A DNA stretch of 62,930 bases, filler included, from Octopus bimaculoides (taxonomy: Eukaryota): assembly GCF_001194135.2 (NCBI RefSeq). It is 5 parts of 4 records of this genome, joined end to end, with 100 filler letters (N's around TTAATTAATTAA, not from the genome) between each part and the next. Parts side by side here need not be neighbours in the genome. Positions count along the whole stretch, not along the records: positions 1 to 23,350 come from NC_068981.1; positions 23,451 to 42,236 come from NC_068983.1; 3 more parts are not named here. One strand, given 5' to 3'. A program made the translations under genes and the position numbers. The notes under the pieces are model-generated. The model was given only the letters and a program-made list of their open reading frames with translations, was not told the DNA's origin and did not search any database. Of this stretch, positions 12,648 through 25,578 are shown piece by piece (position 1 is the stretch's first letter; every line of letters begins with the position of its first letter).

Positions 12648-13083
12648 TGCATACTTATGTATGTCTGAGTGTATATACGACGTGCGAAACCAAATACGCA
12701 TGCTTATGTACAGATGACTGTGAACACAGGACTATTTTACAAGATTCCTTCAGGCTCTCTAAGGTTAAAGACACGATTGTGAAGATTAAAAAAATATCGT
12801 ATATCATGTTTTATTTCTTTTCTTATTTACCATATTCCTTTACAAATCTTCGTATTTTTACCGGAAATTGAAATAATATATTTTCTAGATCGTTAATGTA
12901 TATTAGAAATATTTCTATTCTATTTTCTATTACTTGGAATTGTTCTGACTCCCACCTATGCTTTTGTTGTATTGAAGAATTTGTTTCGAAGGTGTTCAAC
13001 GATTAAGACCAGTCTGTCATTGGTTGAGTTCATTTCTTAGTGCTAGTATGTATATCTCAACTAATATATATANNNNNNNNNNC

Positions 13084-13117
<34 letters not shown>

Positions 13118-13844
13118 TTAATTCCATGCTCTGCTACATTGCTTCTTACGCTATCCACACTTGCATATATAAAAATGTCCTAAACACACACTCACTCGCA
13201 CACACACACATACATTTGAAAATGCAAAATACATAACATTTTTGCCTTCTCTCTGTCTTTCTCTTTCTCTTTCTCTCTCTGTACTTCTCTTTCTCCTCGC
13301 CCATCTCTCTATTTCTCTTTCCCCTCCCTTCACTCTTCCCTCTCTCCCTCTCTCTCTCTCTCTCTCTCCTTTCCGTGTAATTTTGTCTCTTTCTCTCTTT
13401 CTCTTTCTCTCCGTCCCTCTTTCTGTGGGTACATACATGTGCTTTCGTGTTCCAGAAATTTTCTTTTGTAGAGTACACACACGTTCACGCACGCATGCAC
13501 ACACACAGACACACAGAGACACAGACACACACACACAAACACACGCACACACACACTCATACACATTGAACCATACATACTTACATACAAATGTACATAC
13601 ATATATATTAAATTAAAGTCCAAGACAACCAAAATTGCGTTTCTCTATACATTGTATTAAACAGATATATTTTGTACACTAAGCTATAGAAATTAGCGAA
13701 TCATTGTTAGGAAATATACAACACACATATATAGATATACTTGTTTCACACACGCATATACATATGTATATAATTACGTGCTTCTATAAATGCGTGTGTG
13801 TGTACGTGTGTTTGTTTATGTATAGATATATGCCTGTATATGCA

Positions 13845-14162
13845 CCTATTTTCTTTTCTTCGCTCTTTTAAAGCCTAGCCAGGCTCATGGGTCCGGTTTC
13901 CTGGTTTCTATGGTGTATGTGTTCCCCCTAGCTGGACGGGACGCCAGTCCATCGCAGCGTTACACAGGAAACAAGAAGAAAGAGTGAGAGAAAGTTGGGT
14001 CGAAAGTGAACAACAGGGCTCGCCACCACCCCCTGTCGGAGCCTCGTGGGGCTTTAGGTGTTTTCGCTCAATAAACACACATAACGCCTGGTCTGGGAAT
14101 CGAAACCGCGATCCCCCGACCGCGTGTCCGCTGCCCTAACCACTAGGCCATTGCGCCTCCAC
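13845..14162 (-). mobile_element. tRNA(Arg)-like SINE family C with tail type 2 (..GCGATGGACTGGCGTCCCGTCCAG..)
   Basis: Head GTGGAGGCGCAATGGCCTAGTGGTTAGGGCAGCG on the minus strand; close match to 51195-51505. Confidence 0.9.
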
Positions 14163-14805
14163 ATAATTATGCATATATATTTACATGTATGCGCGTATAT
14201 TCATATATATANNNNNNNNNNTATATATATATATATATAGTGAGAGAGAGAGAGAGGGGGATGGATGGATGGATGGATGGATGGATGGATATGTAGATAC
14301 ATACGTATATGCAAATTCGAAAAGAAATGTACTATATAGACGTGTATTTCGTGATCGGGTCCTTGTTGAGTATGAGAATAAGTGATTAGGAATCGTGTGT
14401 CTGACTTTCATATTAGTGTAACTCTGTTGATCCTCTTGTATGTCTTGGATTCTAGCAGTGACCCTTTCTACGTGTTGAATTATAGGAGACTGAAATGCTA
14501 GGCTTTATATGGGTCCCCGTTGTTGTTTAACTGTTCAGTCAATTCACAGCGTGTTTTGAATTCTAATTTCTTTAAAGTTTCAAATAGATTCAAAATTCTT
14601 TCAAGATACGGAAATTCAAAACCTTCAATGTGCTGCGAGTGTCTAGAATACTGGTACCAATGACATCTATGCGTAATTTTGTAATGTTATAGAGAAATGT
14701 GAAAACGTCTGGGCGTGGAGAAACGTTATAGAAAAAAGAAAATAAATCGCCATGATGATGGCTCTGACCTGTGATCTTTTTTATCGCATTTGTTAATATG
14801 CAGTA

Positions 14806-15450
14806 TAAGGCGGCGAGCGGACAGAATCATTAGCCCGCCTGGCACAATTTTAGCGGCATTTCGTTCGTCCTTATATTCTCAGTTCAAATTCCGCCGATTT
14901 CGGCCTTCATCCTTTCGGGGTTGATAAAATAAGTACCAGTTGAGTACTAGGGTCGATGTAATTGGATTATTCCTTCCCCCGGTTTCTGAACTAGTGCCAA
15001 AATTTGGCAGCATAAGGCGGTAANNNNNNNNNNCGTTAGCACGCCGGACAAAATGCTTAGCAGTATTTCGTTCGCCTTTACGTCCTGAGTTCAAATTCTG
15101 CAGAGGTCGATTTTGTCTTTCATTTTTTCGTGGTCGGTGAAACAAGTTGAATACTGGAGTCGATGTAATTGGCTTCCACCCCCCCCAACTCACACGCAAA
15201 GAATCTCAAGCCTTGTGCTTATAGTAGAAAGGATTATTATTCGGTAGCAAAGGCGGTGAGCTGGCAGAATAGTTTGCACGCCGGACAAAATTCTTAGCGG
15301 CATTTCTTTCGTTTCTATGTTCTGAGTTCAAATATCGCTGAGGTCGACCTTTTAGGGTCGATAGAAATAATACCAGTTATGCACTGTGATCCATGTAATA
15401 AACTAGCCCCTTTCCCCAAAATGTCAGGCCTTGTGCCTATTGTCGAATGA
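14806..15450 (+). mobile_element. Three head-to-tail SINE family B copies (central GCCTTTCATCCTTTCGGGGTCGATAAAATAAGTACCAG domain)
   Basis: Repeated AAGGCGG(C/T)GAGC heads at about 14806, 15014 and 15250. Confidence 0.85.
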
Positions 15451-15754
15451 GTTGTTACTAAGAGGCGTATTTCCAAATTGCTGTCTTAGTAAAATTATTA
15501 CAATCCTCAATAAATGTAAGCGAATTTCATTTGCAACCAATAATAATTCACCCTATGCTACAACATGGTCTCACGTTCAATTTGTGTTATCTTGTCTTTT
15601 GTTATATTTCTATCTGAAATGCCCTATGCTAAGCTATGCTGAATACTGACAACTGGTGCAATTTAAAGTTGGTTTATGTACTTCAATTTCTTCAGAAATT
15701 GTTGCTGATATTTTCAATAGATCTAATTTTTCATTAATAATATATACCAGAGTG

Positions 15755-16057
15755 AACTGGTTTCAAATTTTGGCACGAGGCCAGCAATTTCAGGGAGGGT
15801 TAAATCGATTATATTGCCTCCCTCAGTGCTCAACTACTACTCATTTTATCGGCTCCAAAAGGATGAAAGAGAAAGTCGATCTCGATGGATTATAAACTCA
15901 GAACGCACTGACGGACGAAATGCCGCAAAGCATTTTGCTCGGCGTGCTAACGATTCTTATTTCTTTATTGCCCACAAGGGGCTAAACATAGGGGGGGACA
16001 AACAAGGAAAGACAAAGAGATTAAGTCGATTACATCGACCCCAGTGCGTAACTGGTA
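15755..16057 (-). mobile_element. SINE family B copy plus an upstream-fused B variant with a distinct tail ending AATAAAGAAATA
   Basis: 15755-15957 is a B body and tail (head clipped); 15958-16057 is the variant tail, running into a gap. Confidence 0.8.
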
Positions 16058-16597
16058 NNNNNNNNNNNNNNNNNNNNNNNNNNNNNNNNNNNNNNNNNNN
16101 NNNNNNNNNNNNNNNNNNNNNNNNNNNNNNNNNNNNNNNNNNNNNNNNNNNNNNNNNATGCTTCGATATGGAAGCTTATTCATTTATATAATTGAATCTC
16201 AGACCACGTTCACTTCATAATAGGATTTTTTTATTAGCCTTTTATCCCAGCCCCTACATTAATAAAAGATCTAAGATCGTTTCAGTCTGCTTCAGTCCTT
16301 ACCAAGTAATGTTTACTTTATGCCCAGTCACAATTACACGGTCATATTTTTAACAGGTTATTCATTCTGTTATAAAGTTTTATGTTTCCTATATAATGAG
16401 CATTTATTTCGCTTGCTAAATGAGGTAATGTAACAACAGACAATAAGTTTATATTTGATATCCGTTAGTTGACAAGTTTGACGTCTGTTAGCAATATCAA
16501 CTTCATATTTCACCTGAACAAATTTGCCTTTGTCCTTCTAGGCTTGACGAGTACACGCACATACACACACGTACACACACACACACANNNNNNNNNN

Positions 16598-16658
<61 letters not shown>

Positions 16659-17210
16659 AGAGTGTCGTACGTATTTTTGCATTTATATCTCGTCTCATGA
16701 ATATTTTAACGTCTTCCGACAGAAATCAAGTCGTACTTGTTGAATGAAAAGTTGTTGTTATCGGTCTTGTTGTTGTTCTTTTCTAATTAAAACCTATCTC
16801 ACAGGCTAAAATTTCATTTTAGTAATATCGCAATACTAAAACGCTTATAGCCTCAAACATCTACAGCTGCTGCTTATATACACGGTCTTACTACGACAAG
16901 TATTACAGTGTTTTGTCACTTTTAATCAAATTTTTCCATTCAAATTCAGCTAATAATTTCTATTCTTTATCAGCAACGTCTATTCCCACCTACCTCTTGG
17001 AGTGATATTTAAAGTAATTTGGTATATTTCATCAAAACACTATTTTTATATAATCATTTCAACAAGTCATATTTATGTAATTACTCCAAGCTGTTTTGTA
17101 CAATTATATCAACAAACTATATTTATACATCATCGATACCAGACTATTGTCGTACGCGTTCATAATCATTTTTATTATATATATATATCTAAATCACAAA
17201 ACTATCTTCA

Positions 17211-17275
<65 letters not shown>

Positions 17276-17348
17276 NNNNNNNNNNNNNNNNNNNNNNNNN
17301 NNNNNNNNNNNNNNNNNNNNNNNNNNNNNNNNNNNNNNNNNNNNNNNN

Positions 17349-17383
<35 letters not shown>

Positions 17384-18245
17384 ATGGCGTCAAAAATTGA
17401 AAAGTGAATTCAAGTGAATATCACAAAATATTCTGATACTGTTCGGTCTACTCGAAGATATGGGAAAATATTGCCGAAAAATATATCTTTGGAATTGTAG
17501 CAAATGTTACGAATGAACTCGTTAAGTTGACGTATATATCTATAGTCATAATTTAAGTTAACTGATTGATTAAAATTACATTTTGTTCTCATTGTTTATC
17601 TGGAACTTATCCCTATGCAAGCAAACTAATGATCAGGGTAGGTTCATATGCTACAGCATGTCCTCTGTTCGGATAACAAAATATATTTAGGACTATATTA
17701 TCTAATCCGTCTGTTTAATTTTTAAGCGATAAAAATAATAATTCTCCTAGGAATATTTGATAATTTATCTGCCAGAGTCAGTTACCTCGTAAATCACTAC
17801 TCTCTAGAAGAAATTTTAAGTGTAGAATATGCAGGTAGATAATTATCCCTTTTAATCTTTGTTGTACGTCTTAATACAATGAGCGTTCCTTTCTGGATTA
17901 AGTGAAGTAACTTCAATATGCTTTGGTTAGAGGAGTACAAATAGCTAGCGTGATACTCACAGATGATATATGAATATAGGTAAATCAAAGCAAAAAGGTG
18001 AGTTTGGTCTTCTGCATTGCCTTGGTTTCTACATGTACTGTGTGACCTTTTCAACTATAGAATTTCAACTATAGAATCCAATTAAATACAACTCGGACTA
18101 CAGTATGTGTACTCTTTACAGACTTTTTTTTTGTTTGAGTGTGCAGATATATAGAAAGATACATGAAGATCGAAATACTGGTTACTCGTCTTACAATTCA
18201 GCTCACAGTAAATAATCATATAATATGCATACATAAATAACTATC

Positions 18246-18289
<44 letters not shown>

Positions 18290-18349
18290 ATTCTATCTAG
18301 ATAAATATATATATATAGAGAGAGAGAGAGAGTGTGTGTGTGTGTGTGT

Positions 18350-18545
18350 GGTCACAAAAGTGACAGAAGGTACAGACTATCACCGCTTTTGCTGAAAATA
18401 AGAGCTAAAACAACTCAAAAGCCACAAAAGCACTGTCTTAATGACTGACAAAGGGAGGTAAGTCCCCAGCGACATCTTAATCCTCATCAGCGACTCTTAA
18501 CGCCTGGGGTTAAAAGTCAACTACTTCTCTATGTCTTATAAGAAC
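18350..18545 (-). repeat. Inverted partial copy of the 18717-18948 segment (ribozyme half deleted)
   Basis: The reverse complement aligns with 18717-18948; it retains GTCG-CTGATGA-GGATTAAG but lacks the AATCC-GAAA-TCGCGATC half. Confidence 0.85.
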
Positions 18546-18630
18546 TACCTCTGTTAGCCTTATAACACACACACACACACACACACACACGGAAATGAAG
18601 CTAGTTTTGTGATTTAGATATATATAAAAA

Positions 18631-18972
18631 TTTGCCTTTAGGTTCTAATTGCTAATAAGCCACCTTTTTTAGTTTGTTGTTTACATTTTTGAAAATCAGC
18701 ACGTTTTCATTGATTTTTCTTATAAGACTAACAGTGGTAGTTAGGTTTAACCCTAGGCGTTAATAGTCGCTGATGAGGATTAAGGTGGTCTATATCAAAA
18801 TCCGAAATCGCGATCTGACTATGTATGCTGGAGACTTATCTCATTTTGTCAGTCATTAAGACAATGCTTTTGTGGCTTTTGAGTTGTTTTAAACCTTATT
18901 TTTTAGAAAACGCGGTGCTAGTCAGTACCCTCTGTAAATTTTATGACTGTAATTTTGCCTTTAGGTTCTAAT
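18631..18972 (+). mobile_element. 323-bp non-coding hammerhead-containing unit plus 19-bp start of a second unit (retrozyme-like or solo PLE terminal repeat)
   Basis: TTTGCCTTTAGGTTCTAAT occurs at 18631 and 18954; a hammerhead lies between them; no coding similarity seen. Confidence 0.6.
18763..18822 (+). ncRNA. Minimal type-I hammerhead ribozyme
   Basis: Stem I ATAGTCG/TGACTAT (7 bp), core CTGATGA (18770-76), stem II GGATT/AATCC, GAAA (18804-07), palindromic stem III ATCGCGAT, cleavage triplet AUC. Predicted cut after 18815. Confidence 0.88.
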
Positions 18973-19427
18973 GATTTGCTGGTTGTATGATTTAAGTTGG
19001 CACATATAAACTTACACATCTAATTATATGCAAGTACGCATAGACAAATGTATATATACACACATTGATACTCGATCCATACAAACTGTAGATCCTATTC
19101 AGAGATGGTTCTCAGAGCAGCGTATGTATACAAGAAGAGCACAAGTGGGGTTCAAAATTCACAACAGCTGTTTCGGCAGCATTTTAGATTACTTCATGGC
19201 AAGAATCCACCATCTGCAGGTGATTTTTTAAACAAATAACTTTGAAGCAAGTCGACTTATATTTTATACTTTACCTCCTCTGCTTAAAATAACCAGAAGA
19301 TAAATTTCTTGCCGTGTAATCAAAGAATGCATGAATGCATCAATAAAATGCTGCCGAAATATCTGTTGTGAATTTAAAACCTCCACTTGTGTTCTTCTGT
19401 TATATGTATATGTTTATGTATACATAT

Positions 19428-19493
<66 letters not shown>

Positions 19494-20039
19494 GTGCATA
19501 TAGATATATATGAGGTCGTGTAGGGTATTTCCAGAGAAGCAGTCAATCCTATCTTTGGGCTATCACCACCGTCAGATTCCAGACTAATACCGAAATTCTT
19601 CAGACGTAGAAAATCTTGGTTTTACGACGGTAAAACTGGTTTGTGAGTGTAGCGAAGAGTCAAATATAATCCAAATATTAAGACAAAGAAATACTTTAAT
19701 ACATCTTTAACGATCATTTACGATTGTTTCTGTACTAACTCTGCTTGCAACGCCAATTTACGCGATATTCAAAGTGAACCGTTACATAATATTCGAGATT
19801 TTAGATATTAGAGTGGCACTTTATCAGACTTGCATCATAGGTCCGTTCTCACATTGTGACATTGTTTCTTGCTTACGTCACGAGGAAGCAAAAAATCGAA
19901 TAAAAGTATGGTTAGGAGATGAATAATTAATATAGAGATCATGTGGGAAGGATGAAAAAGAAGAAAAATACGAAGAAGAATACGAAGAAAAAGAACGAAA
20001 AGGAGGGGGAGGCTGAGGATATAAAGAATGAGGAGAAGA

Positions 20040-20720
20040 CAATAAATAGCTAACCAGTGTACCTGGACGAAATATTCTCAGAATGGTCGGTCAGTATTAC
20101 GTTGTCACCGGCATCAAATTTCATTTGGTAAGTGAAAGGATTTTTCAGTTTACCACAAGCGACAATAAACAGACAAAATTGTGTAGAGGTTTGTAGAACG
20201 GCTAGAGTAACAGTTCTCAACACTCGATACATTTGTTAGTTCTTTACCAGATGTGTCTGTAAATCTTTACTAACATGTCTTCTGTTGGCAAAGCAGACGC
20301 AGTGTGCGGTGTTGATGACAATAAAGGATTCAGCGTGTAAGATACACAACATACTTAATTTCTTTCATTATAGTAGTATTAACATAGAATGACATAGATC
20401 GGTATTATTGCCATCATTTTCATTGCGCTACACTCACCCAATACGATAGTATTACAAGACACTATACATACATGACAGCTATTCATTGTAAAGCAAGATG
20501 CACACAATACATGTGTTTCTTCAGTTAATAGAGCGAAGGAACCTCCACGACTCTGTGCTGCTTCTCCAGGAGAGTGCGAAACCATTGAAACAACTTTCAC
20601 AACTTCACATGAAGCGTTCTAGACAGGGTACCTCTTTATTCACCTAGGGTTCGTATTTACCGTTTCTTCCTCTGTTTGGCACTGCACCTGCCCAGTCAGC
20701 TCGCAGTAGTTATCAACAGG
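20040..20720 (-). pseudogene. Possible degenerate hAT transposase relic
   Basis: Broken frames 'KKHMYCVHLAL', 'EDMLVKIYRHIW', 'FYKPLHNFVCLLSLVVN*KIL' echo hAT 'C..H.LHLA', '..LVKIY.HF', 'LL.H...RWLSL...V.RIL'. No TIRs found. Confidence 0.3.
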
Positions 20721-21271
20721 AAAAATTACCTTTCTGATTGTCGCAACTAGCGATATACTTTGTTATTGATATTCAAGCCTTTGACTGTATGAGTGTGTAT
20801 GTGAAACGAGTGGCGACAACAAAAAAAGGTAATGCTCTTGTCTGCATCATACTGAGTAACGTAGACTTGTGAAGGGCACAGCACAACGGGAAATGTTTGG
20901 CTACACCTTCACCCCCAAACACTATCCGAATTACAGAGACCATAGCCCTGACCCCAAATACAAAAACGAAAAGAACAATTTCTTACATCCAAAACGATAC
21001 CAGAACTCTGCTATCCACCAACAACATGTCTGAATAAAAAATGCAACACTCACCATCTAAACGTTACGAAACGAAAATTAAACAACAAACAGCAGTATAA
21101 TAATGAAACAAAATCATATGCGTACAAATCACACATTCTCGTACTCTCCACTTAAGTGAGCAATACTAGGAGGTACAATCAAAGTCTAACCATTACAAAA
21201 TGGATAGCAACACAAAATACTCCCATAAAGGAACAATTATAGTGATTATTCATCATTATTAACTTAACTTT

Positions 21272-21493
21272 AAGGCGACAAGCTGGCAGGATTGTTAGCA
21301 CTCTCGACGAAATGCTGAGTAGTATTTTGCCCGTCGCTACGTTCTGAGTTCAAATTTCGCCGCGGTCGACTTTACTTTTCATCCTTTCGCGGTCGATGAA
21401 ATGAGTACGAGTTAAGCACTGGGGTAGATGTAATCGACTAGACCTCACCCTCAAAAAATTTCAGGCCTCGTGCCTATTGTAAAAAGGATTATT
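21272..21493 (+). mobile_element. SINE family B
   Basis: Full head, body and tail homology to other B copies. Confidence 0.85.
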
Positions 21494-22250
21494 AATATAA
21501 CTAGAAAGTTCAGTTAATTCCAAGTTTCCAAATCCAGCATTCTGCAAACAGCCATCTCGCGACTTCTGTATGAAACTTGAACAATAAAATTTGAACATTA
21601 AAACTTACTCAAAATCTACTGACCAATGAGCAAAATCAACCACCTTAGTTGCGATATTCTTACTAAATGCACCAGACACCAACTTATCCGTCACTATTCA
21701 AAACTGAGAGATTCTATACATAGACAGTTGAAGCCTTGAACAGACACACACCACTTTTTTTATCTTATTAGAAACCCGCATAAGCAATGTCTGTAAGAAT
21801 GCTAAGCTAAAAATTAGAAACTCCACCACCATTCGCATGAATCGGCGTGTGCCTAAGACCACAGAAATCAACGAATTGTTCAGTGATCTCCTAATTGTAA
21901 TAGCAAATAATGTATTTTCAAATGTTGTAAGTGATTTTGAGTCTGTATACAATAAAACTAATGATTCAGTCATAACTTGCTTCCATATGCCTCATCAAGC
22001 GTGTCTTCGCCGCTTCCAATAACGCACTGGCAATATCAGGACTTTGGCCTAAAAATGCAATTATGGCTGCATATTAAAAATGGTGAACTTCAACCACTTT
22101 GTAACCAGGTAATCGGAACCCAATCCCAGACACTTCAGTTGCAGTTATTACTTAACATTAAAGACATTATTTTTCTTATCTTAAATCTTGCTTCAGCCAA
22201 AAAAGAAAACTGAAGGGAGGTGAACTTATATTACTATTAATACCCACTCT

Positions 22251-22468
22251 AAGTCGATGAGTTGGCAGAATCGTTAGAATGCGGGAATCGTTAGCATGCT
22301 TAGCGGTATTTCGTCCGTCTTCGCGTCGTTAGGTCAAATTCAGACGCGGTTGACTTTACCTTTCGTCCTTTCGGGGACCATAAAATAAGTGCCAGTTGAA
22401 CAATGTGGTCGATGTAATGGACTTCCCCCTCCCCGACGTTCCTGGCCTTGTGCTAAATTTTGAAACAG
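22251..22468 (+). mobile_element. SINE family B (..CCTTGTGCTAAATTTTGAAAC tail)
   Basis: Homology to other B copies. Confidence 0.8.
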
Positions 22469-22526
22469 ATATTACTGATCACTCTAGTATTGTCTATAAC
22501 TTATCAGTGGAGAGCATGCTACGAAT

Positions 22527-22559
<33 letters not shown>

Positions 22560-23238
22560 ACACTCACACACTCACACACACACACACACACATACATACA
22601 TACACACACACTCACACGTTAACAGACATAGGAACTGAGAGAGCGAGAGGAATATAAATACATGTCTAAAAGAAAACTGTACATAGCATTTAAGGTAATT
22701 CGGAAAGAGATAGTGAAATGCCCTGTATATTCTCTGAATAATCCTCATTGATAGAGTATGCGCTGTTATACATATTAACCACATCCGTTTCCTTGATTCC
22801 ATTTGGCACACATTATGAATATCTGTAAGCTGAATGTCACTTTGTGGGCACGTGATAAGTATTTTGAAGTTTTAACAAGTCTCGAACACATTTAGGTCGA
22901 AGGTTTTTCTGTTAATAGAGATTTGAACACATGTTGTAACCAAGTTGCATATTAAAGAATATAACTTGTAAATACAAACACACACACACACATGCATGAG
23001 TGTGTGTGTTTGTGCGTGTGTGTGTTATGTACACATAAACCTATATATATATATAGATATAGATACAGATATACATATTAAGTATGTATGTATTTATAAA
23101 TACATCTATGTGCACATATATACCGTACACATATTTATAGGCATCTTTAAATACATGTGTTTATGCGTGTAGAGATATTTTTGTGCAGATGTATGTGCAC
23201 ACAGACTGACTTACACACACATACATATATATATATTT

Positions 23239-23311
<73 letters not shown>

Positions 23312-23350
23312 CATATCATCTTTTTGAATAACTTCAATATTGTTACACTT

Positions 23351-23450
23351 NNNNNNNNNNNNNNNNNNNNNNNNNNNNNNNNNNNNNNNNNNNNTTAATT
23401 AATTAANNNNNNNNNNNNNNNNNNNNNNNNNNNNNNNNNNNNNNNNNNNN
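23351..23450. other. Scaffolding linker: 44 N + TTAATTAATTAA + 44 N (assembly artefact)
   Basis: An identical 100-bp structure recurs at 42237-42336, 49074-49173 and 60293-60392; the 12-mer has stops in all six frames. Confidence 0.95.
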
Positions 23451-24698
23451 ATGGAGACGTATGTGTATGTGTGTACATGTAGACATATAAACATATATAA
23501 GCTTGTATGTGTGTATGTGCATATGTATCGATGTATATATGGAGGTATAGCTATATGTGTGTATGTATATATGTACGTATGTGTGTATGTGAGTATGTAT
23601 GCGTATATATGTAAATGTGTGTGTGTATCTGTGCGCGTTTATGTGGGTGCATATGTATGTGTATGTGTGTATATGTATATGCATGCATATGTGAGTGTAT
23701 ATATGTGTTTGTGTGTATATGTGTTTGTGTGTATATAGTTATATATAAAAAATACATATAGATATATATTGGTGTGTGTATGTAAGTATAGTTATATGTG
23801 TGTATGTGTGTGTGTGTGTAGGTGTGGGTATGTGGTTGGTGGTGTGCGGTGCGTGTGCGTGGGCGGGTATAATTAATTAATTAATTACTATATTATCGTT
23901 ATAGAAAGATCCAATAGGAAATCTTGATGTACATGGGGGATGAATTTTTGACAAGGGATTTTTACGCTGTAAACCGGGCGGTGTACGTCACTGGATTTCA
24001 ATTGACTTGTTTGTTTACATTCTGTAAGAAAATAACGATGGTAGGTTGCGTGCAGTCGATTATTCTTTCACCCTCTTGAATGATGTGTGTGTTTTGCTAA
24101 TAATAGTAGTATTGGTGATGGCAATAATGCGACCCTGAAGAGATGGAGTANNNNNNNNNNNNNNNNNNNNNNNNNNNNNNNNNNNNNNNNNNNNNNNNNN
24201 NNNNNNNNNNNNNNNNNNNNNNNNNNNNNNNNNNNNNNNNNNNNNNNNNNNNNNNNNNNNNNNNNNNNNNNNNNNNNNNNNNNNNNNNNNNNNNNNNNNN
24301 NNNNNNNNNNNNNNNNNNNNNNNNNNNNNNNNNNNNNNNNNNNNNNNNNNNNNNNNNNNNNNNNNNNNNNNNNNNNNNNNNNNNNNNNNNNNNNNNNNNN
24401 NNNNNNNNNNNNNNNNNNNNNNNNNNNNNNNNNNNNNNNNNNNNNNNNNNNNNNNNNNNNNNNNNNNNNNNNNNNNNNNNNNNNNNNNNNNNNNNNNNNN
24501 NNNNNNNNNNNNNNNNNNNNNNNNNNNNNNNNNNNNNNNNNNNNNNNNNNNNNNNNNNNNNNNNNNNNNNNNNNNNNNNNNNNNNNNNNNNNNNNNNNNN
24601 NNNNNNNNNNNNNNNNNNNNNNNNNNTATATATATATATATGAACTTACTGTAGACAAGGCTTCATGGCGTTCGATTATAAATAAATAAAGAAATACA

Positions 24699-25030
24699 CA
24701 TTAGGTACAACATGAAATGTGTCTGTTGAATAAATGTTTGTATTTGTGTGTCTGCGTGAAGTGTTTGTCCACTGACCTTAGGAATATTCTTCCCACACAA
24801 GTCTTGACTTTGAGTGAGAAGGGTTGGGCAAACAAAACTACGTTTCGGCGGCGCTTCATTTTGTAGGTGCTTGGGTCTGGTATGTTGGAGATGCGATCCT
24901 TAAACCCGCTGGATACGACTGCCTCGTTGTAGTAGAGAGTGGTAGGTTCTAAGATATCTTGACTAGAGAATAGGTTCGAGATCCTCTTGCCAACATCTTT
25001 CACTAGGTTTTCTAACACGATAGGCTTGTA
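24699..25030 (-). mobile_element. Penelope-like element fragment (RT thumb plus linker)
   Basis: Open 105 aa: 'VGKRISNLFSS..YYNEAVVSSGF..RRRNVVLFAQPFSLKVKTCVGRIFLRSVDKHF..HKYKHLFNRH'. Confidence 0.8.
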
Positions 25031-25059
25031 GCAGGAGGCTGTGTTGATATACGACAGCT

Positions 25060-25362
25060 CCTCATTTGGCTGGCGATATTAGCGATAACGATATAGACGT
25101 TATCTTCCCTGAAATTGCTGGCCTTGTGCCAAATTTTGAAACTAATATTTATCAATGATAAGGCATCGAGTTGGCAGAATAATTAGCGCGCTGAACAGAA
25201 TACTCAGCAGCATTTCGTTCTGAGTTCAAGTCCCGCTTATGTTCAATTTGCTTTTCCTCCTATCGGGGTCGACAAAATAAGTACAAGTCAAGCATTGGGG
25301 TCGATGTGTTCGGTTAGCACCCACCCCAAATTACAGGCCTTGTGCCTATTAGAAAGGAATAT
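25060..25362 (+). mobile_element. SINE family B tail remnant followed by a complete B copy (25160-25362)
   Basis: Homology to other B copies. Confidence 0.75.
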
Positions 25363-25538
25363 TTACCAATGTTATAGCAGACGTAACATATATTGTAGTA
25401 GTATAACAGTGAAGGAAACGCTGCGATTCAAACAATGCAGTTATCCAGAGTTACAACGGTCTCCTCAAGATTTATTCACGCATCTCAAGTTAATGCGGAG
25501 TATAATGCACAATATAGTGTAGTGTACATGTGTGTATA

Positions 25539-25578
<40 letters not shown>

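Noticed and set aside
21690-22210. Possible Helitron/PIF1 helicase relic ('RMNRRV..ELFSDLLIVI', 'PLCNQ')
   Set aside because: Similarity is too weak and fragmentary without a search.
24130-24150. CTGAAGA-GATGGAG possible hammerhead first half
   Set aside because: It runs into an N gap, so the second half cannot be seen.
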